Shown here piece by piece: positions 51,038-60,199 of a DNA stretch of 64,000 bases. Below the pieces are notes generated by a model, which had not been told where the DNA came from, made no database searches, and saw only the letters and a list, made by a program, of their open reading frames with translations. The DNA comes from Saccharofermentanales bacterium (GTDB taxonomy: Bacteria > Bacillota > Clostridia > Saccharofermentanales > DTU023), in NCBI GenBank assembly GCA_050951925.1, contig JBMNJZ010000001.1, positions 220,207 to 284,206 of the forward strand. Direction: 5' to 3'. Within the stretch, counting starts at the first letter, position 1; the number at the start of each line of letters is the position of its first letter. A program made the position numbers and the translations under genes.

Positions 51038-51127
51038 TGGCGGAGAGTGAGGGATTTGAACCCTCGGAAGACGTACGCCTTCCCCGGTTTTCAAGACCGG
51101 TGCCTTCAGCCACTCGACCAACTCTCC
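51038..51127 (-). tRNA. tRNA-Ser (anticodon TGA)
   Basis: Reverse complement GGAGAGT...CCGGT-CTTGAAA-ACCGG...GAGGGTTCAAATCCCTC-ACTCTCC-G-CCA with a long variable arm. Confidence 0.95.
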
Positions 51128-51259
51128 ACAAGTGTGATGCCGGTAACTATTGCTAATCCGTGAATTAAAACAAAGCTAAGTGTAGGTCACTTTGCACTTA
51201 AGTTCCTGCACGGAAAGCCATGAGGACACGCAAATCATTTTAGCCCCCGGCCTCAACTA

Positions 51260-51952
51260 ATGTCAAACTTTGCAAAAGATATCATAGCGAAAAAAGCTGA
51301 GATATTGTATAGTCTGTTTATGACTAAGCATATCCGACCTTTGGGCTATAAGAATATCGCTCTGCCGATTACCTTTGCCGCCGTGGCCAGCAATTTCATG
51401 GGGGTCTGGTTTGCTTTTCGCGGTTTTGTTGATGCCGCCATGGTCTGCCTGATTCTGGCCGGCATTTTCGATATGTTTGACGGGCCGGTCGCGCGCAAGC
51501 AAAAAAGGTCTCATGATGAGACTATGTTCGGTATTGAGCTGGATTCTCTGGCTGATGTGATCAACTTCGGCTTTGTGCCGGCACTTCTGGTATATATGAG
51601 CGGTCTCCGGCGTTGGTTCTATGTTCCGTTCTTTTTTCTCTACATTCTGAGCGCCATTGTCCGACTGGCTTATTTCAATGTGATGGCAATCAAGAGGCTA
51701 AGTGACAATACGATCAGCCGCGATTTTGTCGGTCTGCCCGTCACCAGTTCCGCTGCCAGCTTCCCGGTGGCCTGGCTGATCGCACAGTGGCTGCCGCAGC
51801 CCGGGGGCAAAATCCTACTCTCCGCTGTCATGCTGATCTCGGCAATCCTCTTTGTTTCACCGATTCGTGTGCCGAAAATACGCAAGAAGCAATACCCTAT
51901 CGTGATTTTGCTCGGCATCATTCTGGTCATTATCTACGCTTTAAGGATCTGA
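51260..51952 (+). CDS. pssA: CDP-diacylglycerol-serine O-phosphatidyltransferase
   Basis: DMFDGPVAR...G..LDSLAD CDP-alcohol phosphotransferase motif, RLAYFN and FVGLP. The start may be 51320. Adjacent to psd. Confidence 0.85.
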   Translation: MSNFAKDIIAKKAEILYSLFMTKHIRPLGYKNIALPITFAAVASNFMGVWFAFRGFVDAAMVCLILAGIFDMFDGPVARKQKRSHDETMFGIELDSLADVINFGFVPALLVYMSGLRRWFYVPFFFLYILSAIVRLAYFNVMAIKRLSDNTISRDFVGLPVTSSAASFPVAWLIAQWLPQPGGKILLSAVMLISAILFVSPIRVPKIRKKQYPIVILLGIILVIIYALRI

Positions 51953-51975
51953 CTCGGATCAATAGGATCAGCGCC

Positions 51976-52953
51976 ATGTCTGCAATAACTGACCGGGAAA
52001 AGAATGTTCAGGCCGCTTGGTCAAGACGGCTTTATCAGACAAAGACAGGGCGCTTTTTCCTGCGGGCTGTATTCCTGCGCCGCTGGTTCTCACAATTGGG
52101 AGCGCTGTACTTCGACAGCGCCTGGTCCCGACGCAGAATCAGGCGCTTCATCACGGAATACGGTATTGATCTGACGAAATATGAACCCGCCCGCTATCGC
52201 TCTTTCAATGATTTCTTCATTCGCAAACTGAAATCCGGCCAACGCCCTTTCGAGTCCGAACCTGCTGCCGTGATAAGTCCGGCAGACGGTCTGTTATCGG
52301 CGGTGCGCCTAACCGGGGACGCTACTTTCCTGGTCAAAGGACAATCTTATTCAGTCGCTACTCTACTAGGTGCTGTCGATGGAAAAGCTAATCCTGCCCA
52401 GCACATCCCTACTTCTGATTCGGGTGCTGCCAAGTCCGATCAAAACAAAAAAAAGCCCGCTGCCGGAACCGCAACTAAACTTGCCGAGAAGACAGAACGA
52501 CTGCAGATTGCGCAGAAATTCGCCAACGGTCTGGCTCTGATTATCCGCCTACGGGTCCAGGATTATCATCGTTACATATATATGGATAGCGGAACTGCCG
52601 GACAGCCCCACCGCATCGCTGGCAAATATCACACAGTTGCTCCGATCGGACTGGAACATACGGCGGTCTGGCAGGAAAATTCCCGCGAATGGCAAAGCCT
52701 CTGCTATGACAATATCGGGGAGATTATTCAGGTTGAGGTCGGAGCCATGCTGGTCGGTCGGATTGTCAACCATGCCGCAAGCACATTTGCCAGAGGTGAC
52801 GAGAAAGGCTATTTCTGCTTTGGTGGTTCGACAATAGTTCTGCTGACTCAGGCGGGACAGCTGCAACTGAATCCGGAATTCGAGTCCTGCTTTGAAGAAG
52901 AAATACCTGTCCTGCAAGGCGAAACTATCGGGCGCGCCCAGCGTAGTCCGTAA
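51976..52953 (+). CDS. psd: phosphatidylserine decarboxylase proenzyme
   Basis: SFNDFFIRKLK, SPADG, DYHRY and FGGST self-cleavage motif. Confidence 0.92.
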   Translation: MSAITDREKNVQAAWSRRLYQTKTGRFFLRAVFLRRWFSQLGALYFDSAWSRRRIRRFITEYGIDLTKYEPARYRSFNDFFIRKLKSGQRPFESEPAAVISPADGLLSAVRLTGDATFLVKGQSYSVATLLGAVDGKANPAQHIPTSDSGAAKSDQNKKKPAAGTATKLAEKTERLQIAQKFANGLALIIRLRVQDYHRYIYMDSGTAGQPHRIAGKYHTVAPIGLEHTAVWQENSREWQSLCYDNIGEIIQVEVGAMLVGRIVNHAASTFARGDEKGYFCFGGSTIVLLTQAGQLQLNPEFESCFEEEIPVLQGETIGRAQRSP

Positions 52954-53066
52954 TCTGCCGCTCACCGCTTATAGTCGAAACCCAGATTATACCTGCGAGA
53001 AATTTTGCCGAAGACGCCAACAGGTCGTTTTCAACACAGAATATGGCAATACCTAAGCCGGGGACT

Positions 53067-55991
53067 TTACAATCTTTTCATCTTAGTAATCTGATCAAAG
53101 TCCACATTGGCGCTGTTAAGCCTTTCCTCATCGCCTACCACGCAGACATTGCCGTGCCTGATGGCCTGTTCCAGCCAGACGGCAGCCGCCTGCAATTCTG
53201 ACAGTTCCGTCGCTACGGCCTCGGCTTTCAGCTTCTCCAAAGTCTGTTGATTCAGCCCGGAGTACTCCCGCTCCAACATCAGAATATCGACCTCATAAGG
53301 ACTGATAGCCGGATCAAATTGATTGAGCGAACCGATGATCAGGCGCTCCAGCTCAACCGGAGTCAGCCGCAGGGAGCGGAGCCAGTTCCCTATCTCCTGA
53401 TAGACAGTAAGCGTTTCCGCCAGTCGGGGATCGCGATAGGACAAGAGAGCCAACTGCCCGTCAGGCCTGAAGCTGATGCCCTGGCCGTAGGCGCCGCCCC
53501 GGGCACGGATCATTTGGTACAGATAGTCGCTGGAAAGCAGATTATCCAAAACCGGCAGCATACCGCTGTAGTTGACACCGTAAACCCGGTAGTCAGAAAC
53601 TAAAGTGACATAATTCACATTGGCGGAGAGAGCCAGTCCCTCACTAATCCGCAACGGACTGAAACTGAAATCCTGAGCCGGCAGCCGTTCAGCCGGCAGA
53701 TCGCTGATCAGAGCTCTGACCTGAGTCATAAGTTCCGGCAGATAATCCTCCTCTGCCGTCAGAGATACTTTCAGCTGTTGGCGGCGGAAAATCCGTCTGC
53801 TGACACGAGCCAGCCCGGAACTCAACCGCTCAATTTCACGGTCGAAATTTTGCAGCAAATCGCTGAGATGCCAGTAGAAGCTCAAACCATTGATCTGTTC
53901 CGAATAAGCATGGGCGGAAAACAGGCGGGACGAGGCCTGACGGATCGCAATGCGGTGAGCTATCGAATCGAAGCTGTCTTCAAAGTCGGATTTCAGAGAC
54001 AACAACAATTCTTTGAGTCTCCCCCGGTCAGTGAAATCGGTCTCCAGCAAAATCTCGCGCAGCAAAGCAAACATCTGCCGCGTATTGGCATGAAGGGCAT
54101 GCGAACGCACTATCAGCCGCGGCTGATGAAGGGAAGGATCGTGAAAGTCGGTGGAAACACCGGCACTGAAAGCGAAACCGGAACAGATTTGGTCAATTCG
54201 ATTGCTGAGCTCAATATAATCTCTGTCGGCCGTGCTGAGATCGCCGAGCAAATGACAGAGATAGCCTACATAGACCAGATCTTCCTGCCGAACCCGACTC
54301 AGATCAAAGCCAAGAGCGAAAGTACCGATGCCGCCGGTCGCCTGCGGATGCAAAAGATAACATACTTCCTGCTCCTCTATACGTTGCTGCTCAATCCGAG
54401 TCACGCCCCGGTCAATCTCCGACAGCGACAGATAGGGCAAAGTGTCCTTCTCCTCAGGCGTATCCGGTCTGGCCTGCCAGGCAGCCAGCGCCTCGGTTCC
54501 GGCAATCAAAGCCTCGATCTCCGCCGAAGACAGGCCCGCTTTCAGCTCAGCCAGCTCGCGCGCGACAGCTCTGTCCCGCTCGCGGTACAAACCCGTGACC
54601 GGGCGGTGGATACCGCGAATAGTATCCGTATTATCCGCTAATTTCTGCTTAACATAGTCCTCGAACAGACCCTGTCCGATACCCTCTCTCAGCTTCCGCA
54701 GCGGTTCATCAAAAGCCAGATCGGCCAATAGCGGCTCCCGATAGCGGAACTGCGACATGGCCCTGATGCTGTAGACAATGCCGCGATTGATTCCGCCGGA
54801 GCGGCGCAGATCCAGTTCGCTGCTATTTAATTGCGCCAGCAGCAAATCGCGGTCGAAGCCTTCAGCCGCGCCCCGCCTCAATTCCTGATCCAAAAGCTCG
54901 CAAAACTCAGTCGCCCGCGCCGGATCGGCATTTTTGACCAGCACGCCGAAATCGGTAAAATATGTATTCCGGCCGTAGCTCATCACATCCTCGCCCAGCC
55001 CGGCCCGGCGCAGAGCCAACTTCAACGGCGACGACTCGGAATCAACCAACACGCCGAAAATCAGCTTGGCCAAAAATCGCTCCTCTACCGTTTGAGCATG
55101 ACCCAGCGACCAAGTTTGCGACAACCAGCTGTTTTTTGCCACAACCTCTCCGTCCTCGCCATTGAACTCAAATTCCCTAAACCCCGATCCGCTGACAGGG
55201 CGCTCTCCCGGCGCAATCTCAATTGTTTCCGACGAAGGCGTTATTTCAGACAGCACCGCGTCCAGCAGGGGGAAAACCTCGGTCGCTGCTATAGCACCGT
55301 GCAGCACGATCAGCGCATTGGACGGATTATAGTGGCGTCTGTGGAAAGCCAGAAAGTCCTCATAGCGAAGCTGCGGAATATCGTAAGGATATCCGCCGGA
55401 CTCATGGCTATAGGTAGATCCCGGATGGAGCGCCCGCACCAGATCTAATTTGATCTGCTCGGTAGGATCGCTATAGGCGCCTCTCATTTCGTTATAGACC
55501 ACGCCGTTGTATGTCAGCGGCGCGTCATAATCCGCCAATGCCAGATGCCAGCCCTCCTGGAGAAAAATCTCTTTCGTCTCATAAATCCGCGGGTGAAAAA
55601 CGGCATCCAAATAAACGGATATCAAATTGAGGAAATCCCGGTTGTCCTGTGAACTTAGAGGATATAGGGTCATATCCTCAAAGGTCATGGCATTGAGAAA
55701 AGTCTGCATTGAAGTCCGGAGCATGTCCATAAAAGGCTCACGAGTGCGGTACTTCCTGGATCCGGCCAGAACCGAGTGCTCCAGGATATGAGGCAGCCCG
55801 GTCGAGTCCGTAGGCGGTGTGCGAAAACCGATAGTGAAAGACTTATTTCTGCTGGCGGACTTGAGAAAAAGCAGTCGGGCGCCACTCATCTCATGCAAAT
55901 ATTCCAGAGCCATGGCCGCCGCTTCCGGCAGAGGTGTCGCGCTGACAAGCGTAAAACCGTAGTCTGATTCCTGTTTTATATTCTGATGCAT
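53067..55991 (-). CDS. insulinase family M16C peptidase (presequence protease-like)
   Basis: HILEHSVL (HxxEH), FLNAMT, GVVYNEM, RARGGAYG and SYRDP motifs. Confidence 0.93.
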   Translation of the reverse strand: MHQNIKQESDYGFTLVSATPLPEAAAMALEYLHEMSGARLLFLKSASRNKSFTIGFRTPPTDSTGLPHILEHSVLAGSRKYRTREPFMDMLRTSMQTFLNAMTFEDMTLYPLSSQDNRDFLNLISVYLDAVFHPRIYETKEIFLQEGWHLALADYDAPLTYNGVVYNEMRGAYSDPTEQIKLDLVRALHPGSTYSHESGGYPYDIPQLRYEDFLAFHRRHYNPSNALIVLHGAIAATEVFPLLDAVLSEITPSSETIEIAPGERPVSGSGFREFEFNGEDGEVVAKNSWLSQTWSLGHAQTVEERFLAKLIFGVLVDSESSPLKLALRRAGLGEDVMSYGRNTYFTDFGVLVKNADPARATEFCELLDQELRRGAAEGFDRDLLLAQLNSSELDLRRSGGINRGIVYSIRAMSQFRYREPLLADLAFDEPLRKLREGIGQGLFEDYVKQKLADNTDTIRGIHRPVTGLYRERDRAVARELAELKAGLSSAEIEALIAGTEALAAWQARPDTPEEKDTLPYLSLSEIDRGVTRIEQQRIEEQEVCYLLHPQATGGIGTFALGFDLSRVRQEDLVYVGYLCHLLGDLSTADRDYIELSNRIDQICSGFAFSAGVSTDFHDPSLHQPRLIVRSHALHANTRQMFALLREILLETDFTDRGRLKELLLSLKSDFEDSFDSIAHRIAIRQASSRLFSAHAYSEQINGLSFYWHLSDLLQNFDREIERLSSGLARVSRRIFRRQQLKVSLTAEEDYLPELMTQVRALISDLPAERLPAQDFSFSPLRISEGLALSANVNYVTLVSDYRVYGVNYSGMLPVLDNLLSSDYLYQMIRARGGAYGQGISFRPDGQLALLSYRDPRLAETLTVYQEIGNWLRSLRLTPVELERLIIGSLNQFDPAISPYEVDILMLEREYSGLNQQTLEKLKAEAVATELSELQAAAVWLEQAIRHGNVCVVGDEERLNSANVDFDQITKMKRL

Positions 55992-56139
55992 ATGGTCTCC
56001 TCAGATGGTAATTTCGTTGTTAGACAAAGAGATGGCGGTCGCTCGGATAATTTCAGCTCCGGGACCGCCTGTCGCTATGGATCTAATCAACAGCGTTATT
56101 TTTTATAAATAATTCCTAAAAGCCGGTCTCTGACATGCT

Positions 56140-57006
56140 TCAGCAGACCGGTCTGTCAATATCGCGGTGCGAAAGCACAACCGGATAGCCCTTATTAATC
56201 AGCTCCGAGGCGATATAATTGGCAAAAGTCACCGAGCGGTGTCGTCCGCCCGTACAGCCGATCCCTATAACAAGTTGCGCTTTGCCTTCGGCAATATACA
56301 GAGGAATGGAAAAGTAGAGAAAACCCAGAATATGTTCGAGCATGCCGATCGCCTCCGGAAAGCTCATCACATATTCACTGACTTCATGATCCTCTCCGGT
56401 CAGCGGGCGCAAATTATCAATATAATGCGGATTAGGCAGACAGCGCATGTCGAAGAGAAGATCGGCATCACTGACCGTGCCGTGTTTGAAACCGAAAGAA
56501 TAGATATTGATCACCATCGCCTCGCGGCTATCCAAAGACAAGACTTTGAGCAAAGTATTGTGCAGCTGAGCCGGCTTCAGATAGGTCGTATCGACAATAT
56601 ATGAGGCGCGGGCCCGGATCGGTACCAGATATTCTTCTTCCCTGCGGATAGCCGCCTCAAAAGTCAAGTTTTCGGTGGTCATGAGGGGATGTATCCGTCT
56701 GGTTTCTTTATAACGTTTTCTCAGCTCATCGGAGCTGCATTCCAAATAGAGAATCTTATAACCAATATTTCTGTCTTCCAGTTCAGACAAGACCTGATCA
56801 AAGTCGGAGAACATATTTTGGCTTCTGGAATCGATGCCGAAAGCAATCTTCCTTTGCATCGTGTCATGTTCACACATGAAATCCACGAAGTTGAGGATAA
56901 TTTGGGGCGGCAAATTATCGATACAGTAATAATGCATATCCTCAAGGAAATCCAATGCCAGCGATTTGCCGGCGCCGCTCAAGCCGGTGACTATCAGCAA
57001 TTCCAT
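56140..57006 (-). CDS. rapZ: RNase adapter RapZ/YvcJ
   Basis: TGLSGAGKS, DNLP, SFGFKHG and IGCTGGRHRSV motifs. Confidence 0.95.
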   Translation of the reverse strand: MELLIVTGLSGAGKSLALDFLEDMHYYCIDNLPPQIILNFVDFMCEHDTMQRKIAFGIDSRSQNMFSDFDQVLSELEDRNIGYKILYLECSSDELRKRYKETRRIHPLMTTENLTFEAAIRREEEYLVPIRARASYIVDTTYLKPAQLHNTLLKVLSLDSREAMVINIYSFGFKHGTVSDADLLFDMRCLPNPHYIDNLRPLTGEDHEVSEYVMSFPEAIGMLEHILGFLYFSIPLYIAEGKAQLVIGIGCTGGRHRSVTFANYIASELINKGYPVVLSHRDIDRPVC

Positions 57007-57089
57007 CTCCTCTTACAGCATCCTTTCCGGTAATAATTATTTAATTTCATTCTAATGCAGAATCAAAGCTAAGAAAAGCTACGTTTAGT

Positions 57090-58121
57090 TCAAACATTGC
57101 CCAAGAACACCCTTGTTAACTTCCGTTCGGCAATTCTCTTGAGCCGTCGCAGAGTCTCAAGCGGAGTCGGGGGCGGCTCTGTCAGCCGATATCCGGGGAA
57201 ATAACGCGACAGATGATAGGGTATATCGGGATCAATCCCCGCCAGCCAGGAAGTCATTTCCGCAATCTCCTGCTCATCATCTGAGAAACCGGGAATCACG
57301 AGTGTCGTAATCTCCAGATGGGCGCCGGCGGCCGCCAGTTCGATGGTGGATCGCACCAGGTCCAGTGATCCGTTCAAGCTGCGGTAGCCTTCGTCTGAAA
57401 AACACTTGAGATCAATATTCCAAGCGGTAGTATACTCGGCCAGCCGGCGGACGGGGCCGGGTCGGAAACTGCCATTGGTGATTAAGACGGTCTCAAGTCC
57501 GGCGCTTCTGGCCAAGCTGAAAGTCTCGAGGATATATTCGAAATTGATCAGGGGCTCGTTGTAAGTAAAGGCCAGACCGATATTGCCCATCGCACGCTGA
57601 TCGAGTGCGATTTGAACCAGTTCAGAAGGTGAATAACGGCGGTTGCGGGCAGCGGCGCGGTCGATCATCCGCCGGTCGGTGATCTGAGATATATGGCAGT
57701 TCTGGCAAAAGGGACAGGTAAGATTGCAGCCGAAACCGCCGGCCGACAGGATATACGTGCCCGGGTGAAAGCAAGCCAGCGGCTTCTTCTCGATCGGATC
57801 CAGGGCCAGGCCGGTCAGGAGGCCGGCGTAGTGGTTGACTATCTGCCGGCCGGTATTGCCGCGCGCTCCGCAAAAGCCTGTCTCACCCGGCGCCAGGCGG
57901 CAGTTGTGCTGGCAGAGCGGACAGGTTAAGACGGGACCGGGGTTTTGCGGCTTGGCATTAGCTTCACTGTCAAAAGCGGCGCCGGCGCCGGTTTCGCTCT
58001 GCGCAACGGAGATAGCGTTTACACAGGAGCCGGTTTCTATAATTGTTTGTCGTTTATCCTTGCTCGTTTTGATGTCTGACCACCTCGAATCGTTCGAGCT
58101 CAACAGGTTCGGAACGGCCAA
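57090..58121 (-). CDS. AmmeMemoRadiSam system radical SAM enzyme (start uncertain)
   Basis: CPLCQHNC...G.CGAR, DPIEKKPL..FHPG, GCNLTCPFCQN and FTYNEP motifs. Confidence 0.9.
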   Translation of the reverse strand: MAVPNLLSSNDSRWSDIKTSKDKRQTIIETGSCVNAISVAQSETGAGAAFDSEANAKPQNPGPVLTCPLCQHNCRLAPGETGFCGARGNTGRQIVNHYAGLLTGLALDPIEKKPLACFHPGTYILSAGGFGCNLTCPFCQNCHISQITDRRMIDRAAARNRRYSPSELVQIALDQRAMGNIGLAFTYNEPLINFEYILETFSLARSAGLETVLITNGSFRPGPVRRLAEYTTAWNIDLKCFSDEGYRSLNGSLDLVRSTIELAAAGAHLEITTLVIPGFSDDEQEIAEMTSWLAGIDPDIPYHLSRYFPGYRLTEPPPTPLETLRRLKRIAERKLTRVFLGNV

Positions 58122-59559
58122 TGCCTGCCTTTTGTCTGGCGATGTCGATCTGTTGCTCTATTGAGCTGATGCCATCCAAATTGGGCAGCAGCAGACCTTT
58201 CCGCAGACCCCGGCTGACAATCACGCCGTAGCGCTTGATATCAAGTTCAGAGGAATCCGTGATCGGCTCCGGCGGTCGCAGTACATCGACGCTGTACTCC
58301 AGTTCCGACAGCTCGTCCAGGCCAATCGGGCGAAAGCGCGGGTCGCGGGTGCCGGCCGCTACGGCATTGCTCATAATTTCCTCCGCCAATGTGCCATAAC
58401 TCGGTTGGATGGTGCCGATACAGCCCCTGAGCTGACCTTGCTTATGGATTGTCACAAAGGCACCGGCTTTGCCTGCAGTGATTTCTTGAGGCAAAGCTGC
58501 CTGTTCAGCCGGTGTCAGTGGAGGCTTGCGCCCGGTCCGGATATAGTTTTCGACTGTATGCTTGGCCAGCGCGACATAGGGATCGCCGCTGAGCCAGGGA
58601 ATATCCTTTCCGGAACTGAGACTGGGGGAGTCCGGTCGCAGATCGCGGAAAGCTGCTATAGCATAACCGACGCCATAGGTACCCTCATAGCTCAGGAGCT
58701 CCGACTTATAAGCGGTATCCGCCAGTACGCCGCCCAGAATATTGAAAGATCTTAGCCCGCATTCGGCGACCTCTGCCAACAGATCATCATCATAGGCAAG
58801 CAGCCGGGCGAAGTCTCCCGCGCCGAGGGCTGCGGTCAGATCGCGGTCAAAAGCTTCGCCGCGCGGCGCCAGACCGTATGGACTATCCGCTTTCAGGCGA
58901 TGTGAGAGATCGCCGCTGGCAATGAAGACAACCCGCTTGCCGGAAGCGGCAATAGCGTCCCGGATTGCCCGGCCGTAATTGTGATGGATCTGAGGCGACA
59001 GGCCGGAAAAAGACAGGCGAACCAAACCGGGGGTCAGTTGCCACTCGCGGAAGTCGGCGGACGACCGTTGCCTGGCATCGGCAGCAGACCGGACAGCGGA
59101 TTTGCCGGCGGCCGCAGAGGGGAATTGTTGCTCCGCGACCGAAGCAGCCCATTCCGCCCGCGCGATAAAGTAAAGGGGAACAAAGCTGCCATGATCGACT
59201 CTGCTGCCTAAATCCGCATTCCCCGCGCTGATATGTGTCGGGATCGCGGCGGATTGCGCCTTGTCCCGGATGAGACTGATCAGATCCTGATCATAATTCA
59301 TGGTCAGAACCGGCTGCCCGGCACCGAAAGATGCCAATGACATCGATTCAACGCTGCCGCCGATCAGTCGAAAAGCGCCGGATAACGCAGGAGCATGCGG
59401 CGAAACAAGGATAATCGTATCGGGTTGAGCTTGAGCTATCTCGGTCCCTACCCGGTAGTAGGCGGCCATTGTTTCAGGGATTCCCTTCTCGGCGCCCCTG
59501 CCTACCGCCGGCACGGCTAATGGCGGATGAGGTACTGCATAAGCTGAAATTAAAGTCAT
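58054..59559 (-). CDS. AmmeMemoRadiSam protein: LigB/Memo-like domain fused to AMMECR1
   Basis: Memo/LigB part: PHPP, SPH, DHG, ASGDLSH, ECG. AMMECR1 part: GAFVTI, LRGCIGT, DPRF, GLLLP. Confidence 0.9.
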   Translation of the reverse strand: MTLISAYAVPHPPLAVPAVGRGAEKGIPETMAAYYRVGTEIAQAQPDTIILVSPHAPALSGAFRLIGGSVESMSLASFGAGQPVLTMNYDQDLISLIRDKAQSAAIPTHISAGNADLGSRVDHGSFVPLYFIARAEWAASVAEQQFPSAAAGKSAVRSAADARQRSSADFREWQLTPGLVRLSFSGLSPQIHHNYGRAIRDAIAASGKRVVFIASGDLSHRLKADSPYGLAPRGEAFDRDLTAALGAGDFARLLAYDDDLLAEVAECGLRSFNILGGVLADTAYKSELLSYEGTYGVGYAIAAFRDLRPDSPSLSSGKDIPWLSGDPYVALAKHTVENYIRTGRKPPLTPAEQAALPQEITAGKAGAFVTIHKQGQLRGCIGTIQPSYGTLAEEIMSNAVAAGTRDPRFRPIGLDELSELEYSVDVLRPPEPITDSSELDIKRYGVIVSRGLRKGLLLPNLDGISSIEQQIDIARQKAGIGRSEPVELERFEVVRHQNEQG

Positions 59560-59747
59560 CTGCTACACTCCTTTATTCTTTGCCAAAGCGGACAAGTCAC
59601 ATCAGTCAGCTCTGAAAACACCCTGCCGTCTGATCGACAGGCAATTAGATTGTCACCGCAATTCCCGGCGACAAATAAGTACTGTCTTGTTATAAGTATA
59701 GCGCATTCTTCCCATAGGACAGAGTTTAGCCTGGCACGCGGCACCCG

Positions 59748-59776
59748 TTGACGGGGAAAGCAAAATTTATTATTAT
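59748..59776 (+). promoter_or_regulatory. sigma-A promoter upstream of the cobalamin riboswitch
   Basis: TTGACG-17 bp-TATTAT. Confidence 0.65.
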
Positions 59777-59794
59777 AAGTTCAGATATAATCAA

Positions 59795-59945
59795 TATTTC
59801 CGGATGCTCGGGAAACAGGTGCAAGACCTGTGCGGTACCGCCGCTGTAAGTGAGACTTGTCCTCAGACGGATGTCAGCCACTGATTTGATTGGGAAGGCG
59901 AGGATTAAGGCCAAAAACTCACGAGCCAGAAGACCGGTTCGGAAA
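59795..59945 (+). ncRNA. cobalamin (AdoCbl) riboswitch
   Basis: GGGAAacaGGTGcAAgaCCtgtgCGGtaCCGCCGCTGTAA ... GCCACTG...GGGAAGG ... GAGCCAGAAGACC (B12 box), in the correct order. Confidence 0.88.
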
Positions 59946-60006
59946 TGATGCCAATACACAACGGTTTATTGTGTCGCGGCGCTTGAGTTATTGACGGTAA
60001 AAACGG

Positions 60007-60034
60007 GCCGCAACTTTAGGAGTTGCGGCTTTTT
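60007..60034 (+). terminator. intrinsic terminator of the riboswitch expression platform
   Basis: GCCGCAACT-TTAGG-AGTTGCGGC-TTTTT. Confidence 0.8.
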
Positions 60035-60199
60035 GTGTTGGAAGAGAGCTAAAAAGGATAGCGCTCAAATCCGGCCGAATAACATATTTACAATGTCGTT
60101 ATGCGATTTTGTATACTCCTTTTCTCATTTCTGATGCAGGGCTGGCGCCGGATTTCCTGGCCCGGGGCCGGTAGCCGGCCCGCATCGGGACAATCACCA

